Below are positions 35,624 through 48,729 of a stretch of DNA of 64,000 nucleotides, in pieces. The DNA lies in assembly GCA_036172245.1 (NCBI GenBank), contig JAYWIR010000095.1, forward strand, positions 1 to 64,000, in the 5' to 3' direction. The notes under the pieces are model-generated. The model searched no databases. It worked only from the letters and a program-made list of their open reading frames with translations, and was not told the DNA's origin. The DNA comes from Raillietiella orientalis (lineage: Eukaryota). The position numbers and the translations under genes are program-made. Numbering within the stretch: the first letter of the stretch is position 1; each line of letters starts with the position of its first letter.

Positions 35624-38600
35624 CATCCGGTCGCTAACACAGCGCCACACGAAAGTGCTCTACGTGCAAACCATCGCCGATCTGCAGCAGCAGCGCTGTT
35701 GCCAGACTCTGTTACAGTTCTTGGAGGGTGGGCTCAGAACAGATGCGGTGACGATTCGATCGCTTCGCACCTGAATGGGTGCTCGGATGCCCTTTTTCCA
35801 GGAACGAGATGTAGGCGCGCGTTGCCTTGGAAGCAAGCGTCAGTGGAGGAAGAAACACGAAGGGAAGGAAACAGTCTCGTGTTTCCATTGGAAAGGAACA
35901 CCGAAGCATCCACAGGGAAGGAAGGGAAGCACATCCAAGCTTCTTCAGGGGGCATACGCTCTACAGCTATCGACACCAAAGCAGCCGCGTCCACTACGTC
36001 TTGTCTTCCTTCTAGCAGTCAAAGAATTCTGTCACTCCTATGATGTCAGAGGTAGGCAATGGTCGTGGACAGTGACACTGTGCCTGTCCACCATCATTTT
36101 CTCTTGTGGTCATGCGGCTTTTAGGAACTTTATCTCCCCCACCCCCAAGTTTATTCAGGGAATTTGAAAATCCGTTTTCACGATCCCCCCAATGGATGGC
36201 TCGATGTCCACTCCAGCTCCTCAAGTCACGTAACTTCACGAAAGATTCAGAAATTATTTTTAATTTATCTCTCTCTCTCTCTTTTTTTTCTTTTTTTTAA
36301 AAAAATGAGAATTCAAAGACAAGAAAATGAGACTTCTCAGCATCTCTCTCACTCTTCAGAATGTCAGTGTCTTCATTCTTCCGCCGTTTCTCTCTATTCT
36401 ACAGATACGTCCTTCGGAACCGGGGCAAATGCCAGTCTCGTGACCCGAGCTTTTCTAAGTCTATCTGTCCTACAAAGACTTAAAAGTTCCAAAAGCTTCC
36501 TTCGACTCTTTCAAGTTCCACATGGGTTGCCATGCAAGCATTTTTGAGCACCACCACAGCCCCACTGCGTAAAGCGGGGGATGTAAGAAGAAGAAAAAGA
36601 AGCAAAATAAAAAAAAAAAAACTCAGATCGACAAGTAAAACTTGTGCTCCCACGTGTGGCAACATTAGGAAGTTGATGGTCTTGGTTGCGAATATAAGAT
36701 TCTGAGAGATAGAAGGAGATGGTCCGGAAGAACTGAAGTCTGTGAGATCCAGAACCAACATTGTTCAAGAGGGTTCTGGAGACCAAAGGATGCCGCTTCT
36801 GCGTGTTCTGATGAAACAAAGGAAGATCAGGTGACAAAGGATGACATCCACTGGTCATCGAGTTTCCCGGAAAACTCAGGTGTTTTCAGCTTTTGCTCCT
36901 GTCTCGAAACTCTGCTCAGGGAAGCCCGTTGCTATGAAACGTGGGTACCGGATCCACACGTGTAGATAGGAAAGCTCGTAAGCTGGTCGGATCTTTGAAG
37001 TCTCTATTATGCTTCTCCACTGAGTTCTTAGACCGCCACGTCCATGAAGAAGACATTGAAAACACTGAAGCAGGAACGATCGAATGCTCCAGTAAGCTGC
37101 GAGCAGAAGAGGGACTAAAAACAAGGCAGAAGAGGGATAAAAAAAGAGAGAGAGAGATCCTGTGGACTCTAAACCCAGCCGAGTTGCTTTCGAATGGATT
37201 TAAGCCAACCCGATTTTAGCAAACCTCAAGGAAGAGGGATGGAATAGGCAAACTTTGATGGAAAATTGAACTAGAGTACAAACAAGTCCACTTGGATCAC
37301 CTTCGGAATGTCGGTGTCGTTTGCTCCCTAGCCACTCGGTATCGCATGGAGATTAGGTTTTAATTCTGATTTACTGGAAACCCGAATTATCTAGGATCCG
37401 GAACATTCTCGAGAGGATGTTCCTATGCAGCATCAGGTAACTCAACAACATGTTCTCATATAGTGAAGCAGCAAAGGGTGAGCATTTATCATCTGGGCGC
37501 ACTTGCTACTGGTTGTTGCTGGAACTATTCTTCTTGTGCATAACACGCTCCCCTGAGCACGCTGGGAAAATCCTTGAAGATATTGATGATCTGTTCCCGG
37601 AAATCACTGATTCAAGGGAAAAACAAGTGCACTTATATATGAGCTACTGGGGACTGAGAAACATGTTAAATACGGAAAAAGAGAGGCCATTCAAAGATTT
37701 ACACACCTGTTTTTCGTTTCGTTGTCAACTTTAGGGTTTTTGTCTAATTTGCTTTCATCCCATCCTTTGTTTTTAACCTCTTCTACGTGAAAAAATAAGA
37801 AAGAAAGAAGGAAGCAAAAGACACGATTGATTTTGTTGAAAAGGAATTCACAAGACCTAATTTCGTCATTGACTGTATTTCAATGAGATGTCGCAATGGA
37901 TTTAAAAAACTCCCGTTCACCGGTACGTGAGTTTTGGTACACCTGGTCTCCCAGCTTTGTACGGAGAACGAAGCGTTGCGATGATTCTAGGAACCCAACT
38001 GATAATTATGCTAATGAATTGCAATCAGTTGCATCATCATATGGATTGCCCCTTACTATCAGAAGTTCTTTTCATGCTGCTTTACATATCTCTGAAATAT
38101 TCTAGTAGTCTTTGAATTGTCCGCATTTCACTCCGAGTGTTTTTTTTGATCGCGATAGCATCTTCTCAAACCAGGGGAAGGTTTCTCTTCGGCAACGAAT
38201 ATTTTTGTTACGGTTTCTTCTGAGCATTCAGTTCATCTCAGTTTGATTCAGTGCACACCAACGAGCAGAAGTTTCGCCGACTTCACGTGGTTTCCCGCAC
38301 TGCTGGTCTGCTTGTTTAGCGCCATGCCAAATCTTTCCGCAGGGACACCGCAGCAAGAAAGGGCGTTTCCTGTTTGCTAAATCTTCCTACTGCCTGTTTG
38401 CTGCGCCCATTTCGTTTGGAAATCGAAAGCACGCGTCCATGTCGATCCAAGAAAGTGCATTGCTCACTGCGGTAGCTTCGTACATGCAAGTGTACATGTG
38501 GCTACGCATATAGAGCTGATATGTACTGACGTTTTTGATGTGCTTGTTTTCTCTGAAAAATGTTCCCCGATCAGCTTTGCCGAGACAACACGGGCTCTCA

Positions 38601-41600
38601 CCGAATTCCTGCTGCGCGAGAGCGATTCCATGATGCCAATGAAAATCTGCCTTCATTCAACCCCGATCACTCGTAGATGAAGACTGAGATCAAGACCTGA
38701 AGTTCGCCCAGGATTCGAGAACGTTAATGGAATCCAGACTCCCGAAAATTTTATTCCGGGAGAACAAAAAAACGAATCTAATACTTCCGAAAATACGCAC
38801 CACCAGCTTGAAACCATCCCGACACCTGATGCATGATTTCTAAAATGAAGATCTCGCATGCTATTGATCCCATGAAAGAGAAAAGAAGGGAGGAGAGCAC
38901 ACATTTCATGTGGGCGAGATTCCTCGAAAAAAAGTTTTTCGAAAGGGATATAATCACAAGAGATATAGCCATATAAGTGACCATCTGGACAAGAGTGCAG
39001 TCCTTTTCACCAGGTTACAGCGAAAAAAAGTCGTGAAGTTTCTTTTAAGAGATCTCAAGCGATGAGCTTTCTTTCTCCACCTCCGGCACGGGTACGTACC
39101 TTTCACCGCTACCAACCAAGATCTCTCTACCTTTCGGCACTCGATTATGCAAGCTGAAAAGAGTTCTCAAGTTGAGGAATCCCGTCTAAGAGATGGCTTA
39201 GAAGAGTTCGCGAAGGGCATCTCTTCTTCATGGTAGATCAGTAATCTCAGAGAACTTTCTAAAAGAAAGCATGGCTGTACTTTGGCGTAACGGAAACTTT
39301 TGTTTCCCGCTGATCTTCTAGCACTTATATAGAGCTAACGGAGTGATTACGAGAGATCACTACGATTCCTGTCAAATAATCCTTCCTTCTGAGCATCTCG
39401 CGAACTGGAAAGAAACTCTGCTAGTAGTGATTAGATGGAAGGAAGAATTTTTCCTAACGAGGCATAGATGACAGATGCATACGTATGTTTGTGCGTGAAT
39501 GTGTCGAAACACACACACACACACATCTATATGTGTAATGGCATATTCTCAAAGAACAATTTTATCCGTTCACCTCATTCAGTGGCCCTTCATGCTGAAA
39601 GCATCGTACACGAAGAGAGTCTATGATGGGTCCCGTTGAGAAGCACAAACCATTTTTTCGGTTTCACTTGAACAGCAGGCACTCAGGATGCAGTCACCTT
39701 TGTGATGAACGCTGTAGGCAGATTCGGCGGTCAATCTCCGTCTAATAAAAGCGTTTTTTCCCTTTTCTTCTTCTTTTTCTTTTTTTTACAAGGAACATGA
39801 GTTCTCATGCAAGCTGATAATCACTGTACGGGATTCTGTGGAAACATCATACATAAAAAAAAAGGAACAGAGTTTTCATATATTACTCCAGATTCATTTT
39901 GCATTAGTACTGTCTGGATATATTAATGTGGGCATTATTTGTATAATTACAGAGAATGTCCTTTAGCAGCAGACACTTTCAGGTATCCACAGAGTGGACT
40001 GCGTACAGAGCGAATCCATGGAGAAGCAATGAAAAATGATACACATGCAAGATTGCAGAAAGATAGAGCTTCAGGCTCTTGAATGGATCATTTGAGTGAA
40101 TAGCTACCGGAAGAGTGGGAGTACCTGCATCTTGGTCAATCATTAACGCTTGATTTCGCTCTTGAAAAAAAAGCAATCTCTCTCCTTTGGAGGACTTTTT
40201 TTTCTTCTTCTTTACCCATCTGCGTGTGTTTGGTGCATAAATGCGACCGAGAGGCTTGATGCTGGGCAAAGTTTCCAATGCGGAGTTTCAATAAATGCAG
40301 CCCATCAGATCTGTTTGCTAGAAAGCTCTTTCGTTTTTCCTTATATCTCATCCACGTCGGCAACCATCTGTATTTCCTACTTGCGATGATCTTTTTTGTG
40401 TCTGCCATCAGTCCCGGCTTCACTTGAACCCCTTGCTGAGGAAAGGCTAACCTGTGCTCATGGATCGCAAGACCGTGCACGCCAACTGCAACGGAGCCTT
40501 CCAAGAGACAAACCGACAGCGCAGGAAAATGCACCCCAGAGAGCGGATTCTGCACGCACACCCACACACACACAAACCCTATTAATAGGGGGAAAGCTCA
40601 AAAGACGGCTCCATCTGCTCTTCTGTCAACATTTGAACTCGCTTGCCGCGCTACACGCTGTTCAAACAACAAAAAGTCCTTACGAGCATTTCAAACAACT
40701 TTAGGATTTTCAAGTTCGTTTCAACTGAGTTTTTTTTTTTCCAGATTCTTTATCGCTTTTCGTGATCATTTGTCCACCTGGATAAATACGCTTATCGTCT
40801 TCTGTATCCTACACGTTTTGAAGGACAGGCAAGCATGAGGCCGTGGTGCGTATTGCAACGGAGCTCTGGACGGAATCTGTTTATCAACGAAAATTTGCAT
40901 ATCTCTCAGAACAGAATGCCCACTAAGAGAACATCTTCTTGATCTGTCCAGGTGTTCTGAAGTTTGTAGTTCAAAGCTCAGCGTCAGCTTTCAGAGACAT
41001 TGTATCTTTTTTCATAACTCCAAAAATTTTCGTCGCTCATAGGGAGGAAAACCCAGCTCTGAAGAAGAAAAGTAGATGAAGCCTCCGGAACGATTATTTG
41101 GACATCTGCTTGAACCTCCGTCTACATTGCCATTTGATTTTTTACGATGAACGTCAGCTTTTTTCCACACTTTCTTTGCCCATCTCTCTATCCTAAGCTG
41201 TTTCCATGAAAGCCACCATCATCAATAGCGACTTGGGGAAGATGTATCCCATCTCAGAGCGACACAAGGGTATTTCCTCCGCAAATCCTCACGAAAGATC
41301 TCCGTTGGGAGAGGCATCGGGGACACGGATGTTGAGCTGACAACGGAAACAGGAAATATCCAGAGAAGAGTTTATTATTTCCCGAGACACTGTATCTGGG
41401 CAGGCACCTCATCCGTAAGAGCACATTCCTTCGTGATCCATCCTGTATCCAGAAGTCGTCGGAAGATTCGATTCACAAGACGTACATTTGACTCTTTTTC
41501 ATCAGATGCCAGCATTGCTAGCGAGAAACTGAACCACCTAGAAATCTGGTCTCCCACTTATCATCAGCAAACAAACCTGGAAACCAGACAGAAACGGGCT

Positions 41601-44199
41601 GAACAGGAACAAATGAAGCTGGAACACGGTGTGTGGATCATTTAAAATGCTCGATAAAGGACGCTGGATGACTTTCTTGTAGCTCTCCATCATTTCAAAA
41701 AGTGTTAGTGCATTTGATTCTTGGTCTTGGCGTTTCGTAGTCCGCTCGAGGCGAAATCGGTGGCAGAGTCCGACTGATTCCTTCTCATGGTCCTCTGAAA
41801 CACACCGCGCTGGGTTAACCCCAAATGTGGTTCCTGTGTTCCATGATATGAAACAGATTTTTGCGAAACGAGCACACGGTGACGTCTAGAAGTGAGACCT
41901 CATAGCCTCGCTCCAAGCAGAACACGTCTCTTTGACCCGGAGTGTAATTTATATTCAGCAATCAACGCACTTTTTTTGTATGTGTTCACAGATCAGCTCA
42001 AGATGAATGCTAAGCGACGCTTCAGAGCCTGTCAACTGCAGAATGGATGGAATTCTCCTAAACACGTGTACTGTGCATTCCTACACTGATCTTTCTACGC
42101 AGTTTGGTGCCCTCCCCCCCATCGTCTTCATCAGAATCGTAAGTGTGAAAGTGTCTTCTGAGACCAGGATTGAGTGAGGATCGACTTGGGACTCCTGGCA
42201 GCTTTTTCCGTGGAAGCACTGCATTTTTTCCTGCAACCCACCAAGATTCTGGTATGAGATTAGAAAGCCTTGAATCACCAATCGGATCACTTTTCGTCAA
42301 CTTTTTTTGTCTCCGTCTAATGAGGTTCCAGGTGTTATAAATTCTTTTGAAGAAGGAGAATGGAATATGATAGCATTACATGATAACATTTCAGGAAGAT
42401 GATTTCCTAACCTTAAGCATGCGCTCGTCATTGTGCCTCGATGTCCGGGAGTCAGTCGGAGACTCCCAGGCCGTAATTCCTGGACGCGACTTCAGATTCC
42501 AGGATCGCGCTAACAGTGCGAAACGATCAGAAGAACTCGAGATTTTGTGATCTGGGAATAGATTACTTAATGCAGATTTTTTTCTCTCTTTCCTGTGTGC
42601 CTCAGCAGCTTTCACCCTTTTCTGCAAGCGACTAGTTTTCCTCTCTGCCAGTTTCGCCTCGGAGCAGCCGCAAGTTTTGCTCATGTTGACACAATTTTGT
42701 CTCTGCAGATGCATTATTTAGTTCGTGAATCACGCATTTAAGTACACCTACCCTCAATTATGCAGCCTCAGAGTCTAAATTATATCAGCGTATTCATTTT
42801 TTCCCTTCTTTCCTTTTTTCTCGTGGAGGTCCGTATCTGCTGTCTTTGAAGTCGGAATCCTTGTTTTTTCCTCTCCCTTCGACGGAAAGCGGAACTTACA
42901 AGAACAGGATGCAAGCAAAACGAAAGGACTTTCAGAACACTCACCTCTGGAAGGCTTCGGCAAATTTTTTCCCCATTGTTCTGATGCCACATATATGTGG
43001 TTCAAGAAGGCCATTCCTTAGTGCCGAAATTTCCAGCTGAACATGTTTTTTTTTTGTGTGTGTGATAATAGGGAAGAAGAAAGGGAGGGGAGGAATAGAG
43101 TGAATGGCTATTTCTCCCGAACAAAAGCAGAATGGAACCCATTTATCCCGCGCTGGATTCGACGCTGCAGTTTCGGGTTTGGCTGCTGCAGACGTGCACA
43201 GGAACGAGATGGGCAGCAGATCTTCGTTACGCGCTTACCAATGAAGAGGACAGCAAAGTCCACTGATCAATGACGATGCTCGAAGAAACCACTTTGAGGA
43301 ACGTCTTATTTTGTCCCGAAGCCCTTGCGTCGAACGCAATTCAGAATACTTCCAGACGTCAAATGAGAGCCACGAGATGCGATTAGACTGCATAATCATA
43401 GATGAACGAAAAGAAAGTGCATTCTTAATCCCAAGTGTTCCTACGGACGATACAGCATAATTGTCATACAGTTCATCATCGTCGAAAACATGAGGCTCCA
43501 GTCGGATAATTCCACTAATAAGTAAGTTGACTTCAGGATTCGCGTCCATAAGAAAGAAACCAATTAGGCATCCAAGGAAGAGGAGCAATCCAATTATAAG
43601 TTTTATAACTGTCATTTGATTGGTATAAACATCTGGGATTTTCTTGAAGGGGATTGGCACGCTGGTATCAAAGCATTGGACAAAGAGTCGGGACTCATCA
43701 CAGAGCTACATTTAAGCCCTTCATCTTATTGTTTTCACCTTCTTGGCATTGCTTTGAAACCATTTATTGTAACCAGCCTAAGAACACCGATTTGCAAAAA
43801 TAATTTTCCCCTTACCAGTTTAATTGCATCTTCTTTCCTAGGTAGATCCAGTTTATCGTTGGCAGGAGGAAACGGCATCTTAAACAGATCGGTCCACTCG
43901 AGACTCAAGATCGTGTTTAAACAGGAGACTCATGTGCTTTTTGCCATAGTTATCGTTTAAAGAGCAGCCAAGGAAACCTTTAGTCTTTCGATTACTTAGC
44001 AATCATGGTTCTTAATCCTTCGGTGTGTTCTGTTTCAAGCGTTTTTTCATTACTCGAAAAGATTGTCAGAATGCTCAAATTTCAAATTTGAAGTCCACCG
44101 TTTCCAAGATGAGAAATCAGCTCATCTAAGAAACGGAAGGCGTGTATTAAGATGCCTCCACGAAGACTTGAATTTTGGGTGTTCACGTCTTACTCACAC

Positions 44200-44262
44200 G
44201 TAACTCTTGTACAAGACGCCTGCTTTCGGTCACAGAGGACTGAGGTTCGAACCCGGTTACTT
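44200..44262 (+). ncRNA. degenerate tRNA-like sequence (pseudo-tRNA or tRNA-derived SINE head)
   Basis: Perfect B-box GGTTCGAACCC at 44244-44254, preceded by CGCCTGCTTTCGGTCACAGAGGAC, which resembles a tRNA anticodon-arm/variable region. No convincing A-box, acceptor stem or cloverleaf. Confidence 0.4.
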
Positions 44263-44986
44263 CGGGACGTTTATTTCAAAAAAAAAACTACCAGTTAGAG
44301 GGAGAAAGTATCCCATCAAAAAACAAGAGAAGCCAAAAAAAAAAAGAAATTCATCTGGAATAACCACCGGCACGCAGGCCAGTTTCCAAAAAGTGGGGAT
44401 CGGAGGAAGGGGACAATAAATAAATGAAAAAAGACGGGAGGGTGGGGACCAAAGGTCTCTTTAAAAGAGGCTGTGGATGGTGGCGATCTCCCTGGCGACT
44501 TCTGGCAGAGGAGGCCACCTTGCTGCGGTTCTCATGAGCGCTGCTGCCATTCTGGTGGCCTCTCTTCGCCGTGAACTTGCTTCCAGCACATGGCGGACTG
44601 TTACCATGGCGGGAATGCAACCGACTGTTGCGACCACGGCGCCCTTCAGTCCGGTGAAGAAGCGTTTCAGCAAGTCCGTTGCGGTGTCCGGGAGTCGACG
44701 GGGAGCCGAAGCGAGTCTCTGCCACAAGTTCTGCAGGGAACTGCAGTCCAACAGGGGGTGCGGGAGCGATTCCATCGTCCTGCCCCTTCAACAGTTCGGG
44801 GAGATTACTCCCCCGAAAACCAGGTGTCTGCGCTGATTGCACTGGAATCTCCAGTGCAAGAACAGCAAAACATCCTGTTTCCCAAGCGTGAGAGGAACGG
44901 ACTCCTCCCTCCGAAACCCTTCCCAGATTCACAGGGTGGTCCTCTTCCAAAATACCGCTAACTTGAAGAGTCACCCTCGCGTTCAT
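44252..44986 (-). mobile_element. L1/Tx1-like copy G (more diverged subfamily)
   Basis: Minus-strand LHWRFQCNQRRH..MESLPHPLLDCSSLQNLWQRL (zf-RVT-like). Terminus variant CCCGG-TTACT-TCGGGACGTTTATT at 44252-44275. Confidence 0.75.
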
Positions 44987-47900
44987 TTCATTTCCTACTC
45001 CAGCTTAGCGAATCATTTTCTTGAATTTCAAATTTTGATCACCATCCCTCCGCCTGCGATTCATATATTCACTAATTTTCGACTGCTTTTGGTCCTCATC
45101 CGAAAGCCGATCGTCAGAAGTTTGCAGAACGAAGCTTGGACTTGGGATAAGGCAGCTCCTGCCAGAGTTTTCAGTCCGACTGCTTACAAGCATTTCTGAG
45201 GTTTCATCCAGGTATTTCCTGCGTATTCGGACTTGAAGACTTCTCACCGCTCGGGTCGGAGATCTCCGGACCCAAATTTCTCATGGAGCTCTCGAACTCA
45301 CCTGCTATTTCTATCGGTGTGAGCTGTTTCGGTAGTTTCGAGCCGTTCATCAACTGCACTGATTTTTTCAGGGGTTCCATCCTTCCGAATCCAGTGTAGG
45401 TGCCTCTGAACTTGGCAGTCAAGTGACATTCATAAGCATCAGATCTTGGTGTAAACGATGCTTACGAGCATAAATGCTTACAGCAACCCGTCTTCCTTGC
45501 CTTTTCGGAAAACTCGCATTCTAAGGTGATAATTGATGGTACCGAGTAAACGCTTCATGTCTGGTTAGAGATGCATTTACTTCCTCTTACGTGGTAAGAA
45601 TTTTCCTATGTATTCCATCTCTTCGTGTCCAGTTCCTTCGCAAGGAGGAGCAAAAAGATCGTATAGGAGCTCATGACCTCTGGAAAACATCCTATGGTTG
45701 CGCTCCGTTGACATGGAATGTCGTAGTTTGGGACCATCCTCCCGTGTACGGATTCGGCCGAAACACCCAGGTTTGCGCAAGCGTTTGAGCGAGAAAACTT
45801 GGGGACTTCGCCCGTTTTCCCGCATCTGCCATTTCTATTGGTGGGCGCCATTTTGGTAGTTTCCAGTCGCTCATCAAGTGCACTCTTCGTATCTTGCCAT
45901 TCGGCTCGGTGACATCACCACACACTTGAAGAATCTAACCACAAAAACGAAAGATTCGCTTGAAGCGTTCTGAGTAAAGAGCTGATACAAATGGAGAACA
46001 TCTGAATTTGACAAAAGGGGGGAAAAAAAATTGAGGATGAGCAGTTCAGTTTTCGGGATGCTTGCTTGTGAAAACCCATCCGAAATTTTGAAAGTAGCTT
46101 TTGAGCCATTCATGTTATTCATGCGATCTCTACTCTCGGCCATCTATTAGTCGTTACTGGAATTACACGAATCCCTATTCCTCTCTCTAACACTCGCATT
46201 TCCGTTTCCTTTGCTATGGCTTCGCGGATTTCCCTCGACGAAGTTTCTCTTGCTCTGTGCCAGTATGCTCATGTGGGTGTAGTAGCTACTTCTCGAGTCG
46301 ATCATCAACAGTTCCCTGACAAGCTGTGAGGGGGGGGGGGGGGGGAGGATCTGGAACCTCCCCATCTTATTTTGAGCTTTCGTCCCTTCCTGCTTCTCTT
46401 TCTGCCCCTGCGGATGCTGTTCTCATCGACCTCCGATACCAGGGTTTGCACCACTACTCGAAGCACAGCTCGAACTTTCGTTAAACGTCAGCGTGCGCGC
46501 AAAATTCGGGTTGCCGGGATGCGATGATACAATCATGATGGTTAACAGAAAGCTCTTAAGGAGGGAGTGTTCGTGAAAGGGGTCTTCTTTGTCGGGAGCT
46601 CGAGTCACTTTGGTTGGAGAATCCAGTCCACAAACTTCGTGGTTCTTTCGTCAGTAGAGGAGCATTTCAAAACAAGGTCAAGAACTCGAGTGCCTCTTTT
46701 TAAGAAGAGGTGTCTCTTAAGGCGATTGTCTAGTCATCTCCAAGTGCGCACAACTCACACGGCTGAGCAGCCAGGTCTCCCCTCGTGTCTTCCTTCGGAG
46801 GGTGCAACTTCCTTTCTTTCCCTGCAGTCGCAACGTTTGGTGTCGGCTGCACCCTCATTCATATGCCGAACTTTTAGTTTTTCGAGAGCTCTCCAAGTTC
46901 TCCGCAGCGTTTCCTTACTTTTGCTCCAGCAGGATGGATCGTGTGCTCGAGATGCAGCGTTCACTTGTGGGCAGAACGCAGAGTGCATCTGTTAAACCGG
47001 CATCAAGTCGACCTTGAGAAGAAGGCTACCGCCTCTCTCCATTCTTCTCCATCAAGAGTTGAGTCTTCAGAGGCTAGTCCCATGTTCCATGAAGATGAGG
47101 AGGAGCACATAGCTCCACCTGATTCCCACCACATCCACAGATCCATTCCACAGATCCTACCATTCCACCATCATTCCCATCATTTCATGATGATTCTGTT
47201 CAAGAAAAGCGCAAGCACGTGGATCGTTGAAGAAGCCTCTTCGATTCCTCAACGCGTGTTCCTCGCATCCTAGGCGGTCCCTCCGCTTCTTCGAAGCGCG
47301 CCGCATAGTTTCTGCTGCTTTCCTTCTGAGCGCAGGTTTCACTCGCGTCACTGCACCCTACTTTTACTTTCCCTTGAGAACTTTCTGGACCCCATGCCCA
47401 ACACATGTATCCTTCTGATTCTTCTAAACATCACATCCGTGTCTTTTGGAATGGGTTGCACTGGTTTTGATGGGAAAAAATGACTTAGGGAGCATCAGAA
47501 AGGACTTTGGCTGATCGACTTCTTTCTTAATCCTGTGTTGCACTTGTGCAAGCTCTCTCCCTCTTATCAGGCCACGTGCATCTTCACATATCCTCCTTTG
47601 CCTCTGCTTCTCCGCCTTCTGGAGACCCGTTCGTTCTTCTTAGAGCCCCTTTCTCCTGGAGGACATTTTTCGAACCGTTTCCACAAAAAGTGGCAAACTT
47701 CCCCCGAGGGTCGCTGCTCTCCTGGAGCGCTTTGTCTTTTTGCTCCAGTCCACGACAAGGCCATTAGATTTCGCATTTTCGAGACGATCCTTACCGTTGA
47801 CCAGGAAGCTGCTGCCTGTCCCGCGAACTCGTCTCCAAAAAGGATCAACAGAAAGGTGGCGCTCACGCTCTTTATCTACTGTGCTCTGCGAGACTCCGGT

Positions 47901-48711
47901 CGCTCCAGTGGCCGCCGGCCACAACCAAGAATCTTCCATGACATCTTCCGGCTCCTCTGAGGCCGTGTCACTCCTTGGCGACTCGGGCGAAGGACACTTC
48001 CACTGGAGGTGCCATTGATCCCTACAAATAAGGTGTTCGATTCTTGCTCAGCCTCACCCGGTTCGCCCCTGAAGGCGCGCGCTCCGGAAGAGCGATAAAG
48101 CAGTCTTTGAGCCATGCCGACGTGCGAGCACTGATGGGAAAACGGGAAGCAGCTAATTTTTATGATCATCTTTTCCGAAAGCTTTGTAGCATCCCTTCCA
48201 TTGTCAGCTTGCAAAGAAGGTGGCTAATTATGTGGATGCATTAGTGCGATGGCATTTCATACGGTTTTCATAGAACGGCTCCTGACACGTGTTTGGAACA
48301 CTCACGACAACTTCTACCCCTGAACTTTCGTGCATCACCTAGCCGTATTTTGCAGCGTTACTCTTATGAACGGTGTCCTCATGTACAAAGTGCATTCCTT
48401 TGACGAACAGCCAAATCTGCAGGACACTCATAAGATTCTGGTGGCACGGCTTGTGTTAGGTTATTGCAACGACACCCATCTTGACTCATTTCTGTCTCTG
48501 TGATGTTTCTTTTTTTCCCCTTGTAGTCATTGACAACCAGCCCTCAGAGTTTCACTGCAGTGCTGGAGGAAGGTCAGGGGATGTCTGAAATGGTCATATA
48601 TTTTTATATTGTATCAAGATGAGCGCGTTACAAGCAGGAAGCGCTTTTGGAGCCGATGGACAAATGGCTCCGATTCGAAAACGGGAATCTTGTCGCGGTG
48701 TGCTCAATGCA

Positions 48712-48729
48712 GATGATGATGATGATGAT
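48712..48729. repeat. (GAT)6 microsatellite
   Basis: Directly visible. Confidence 0.9.
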
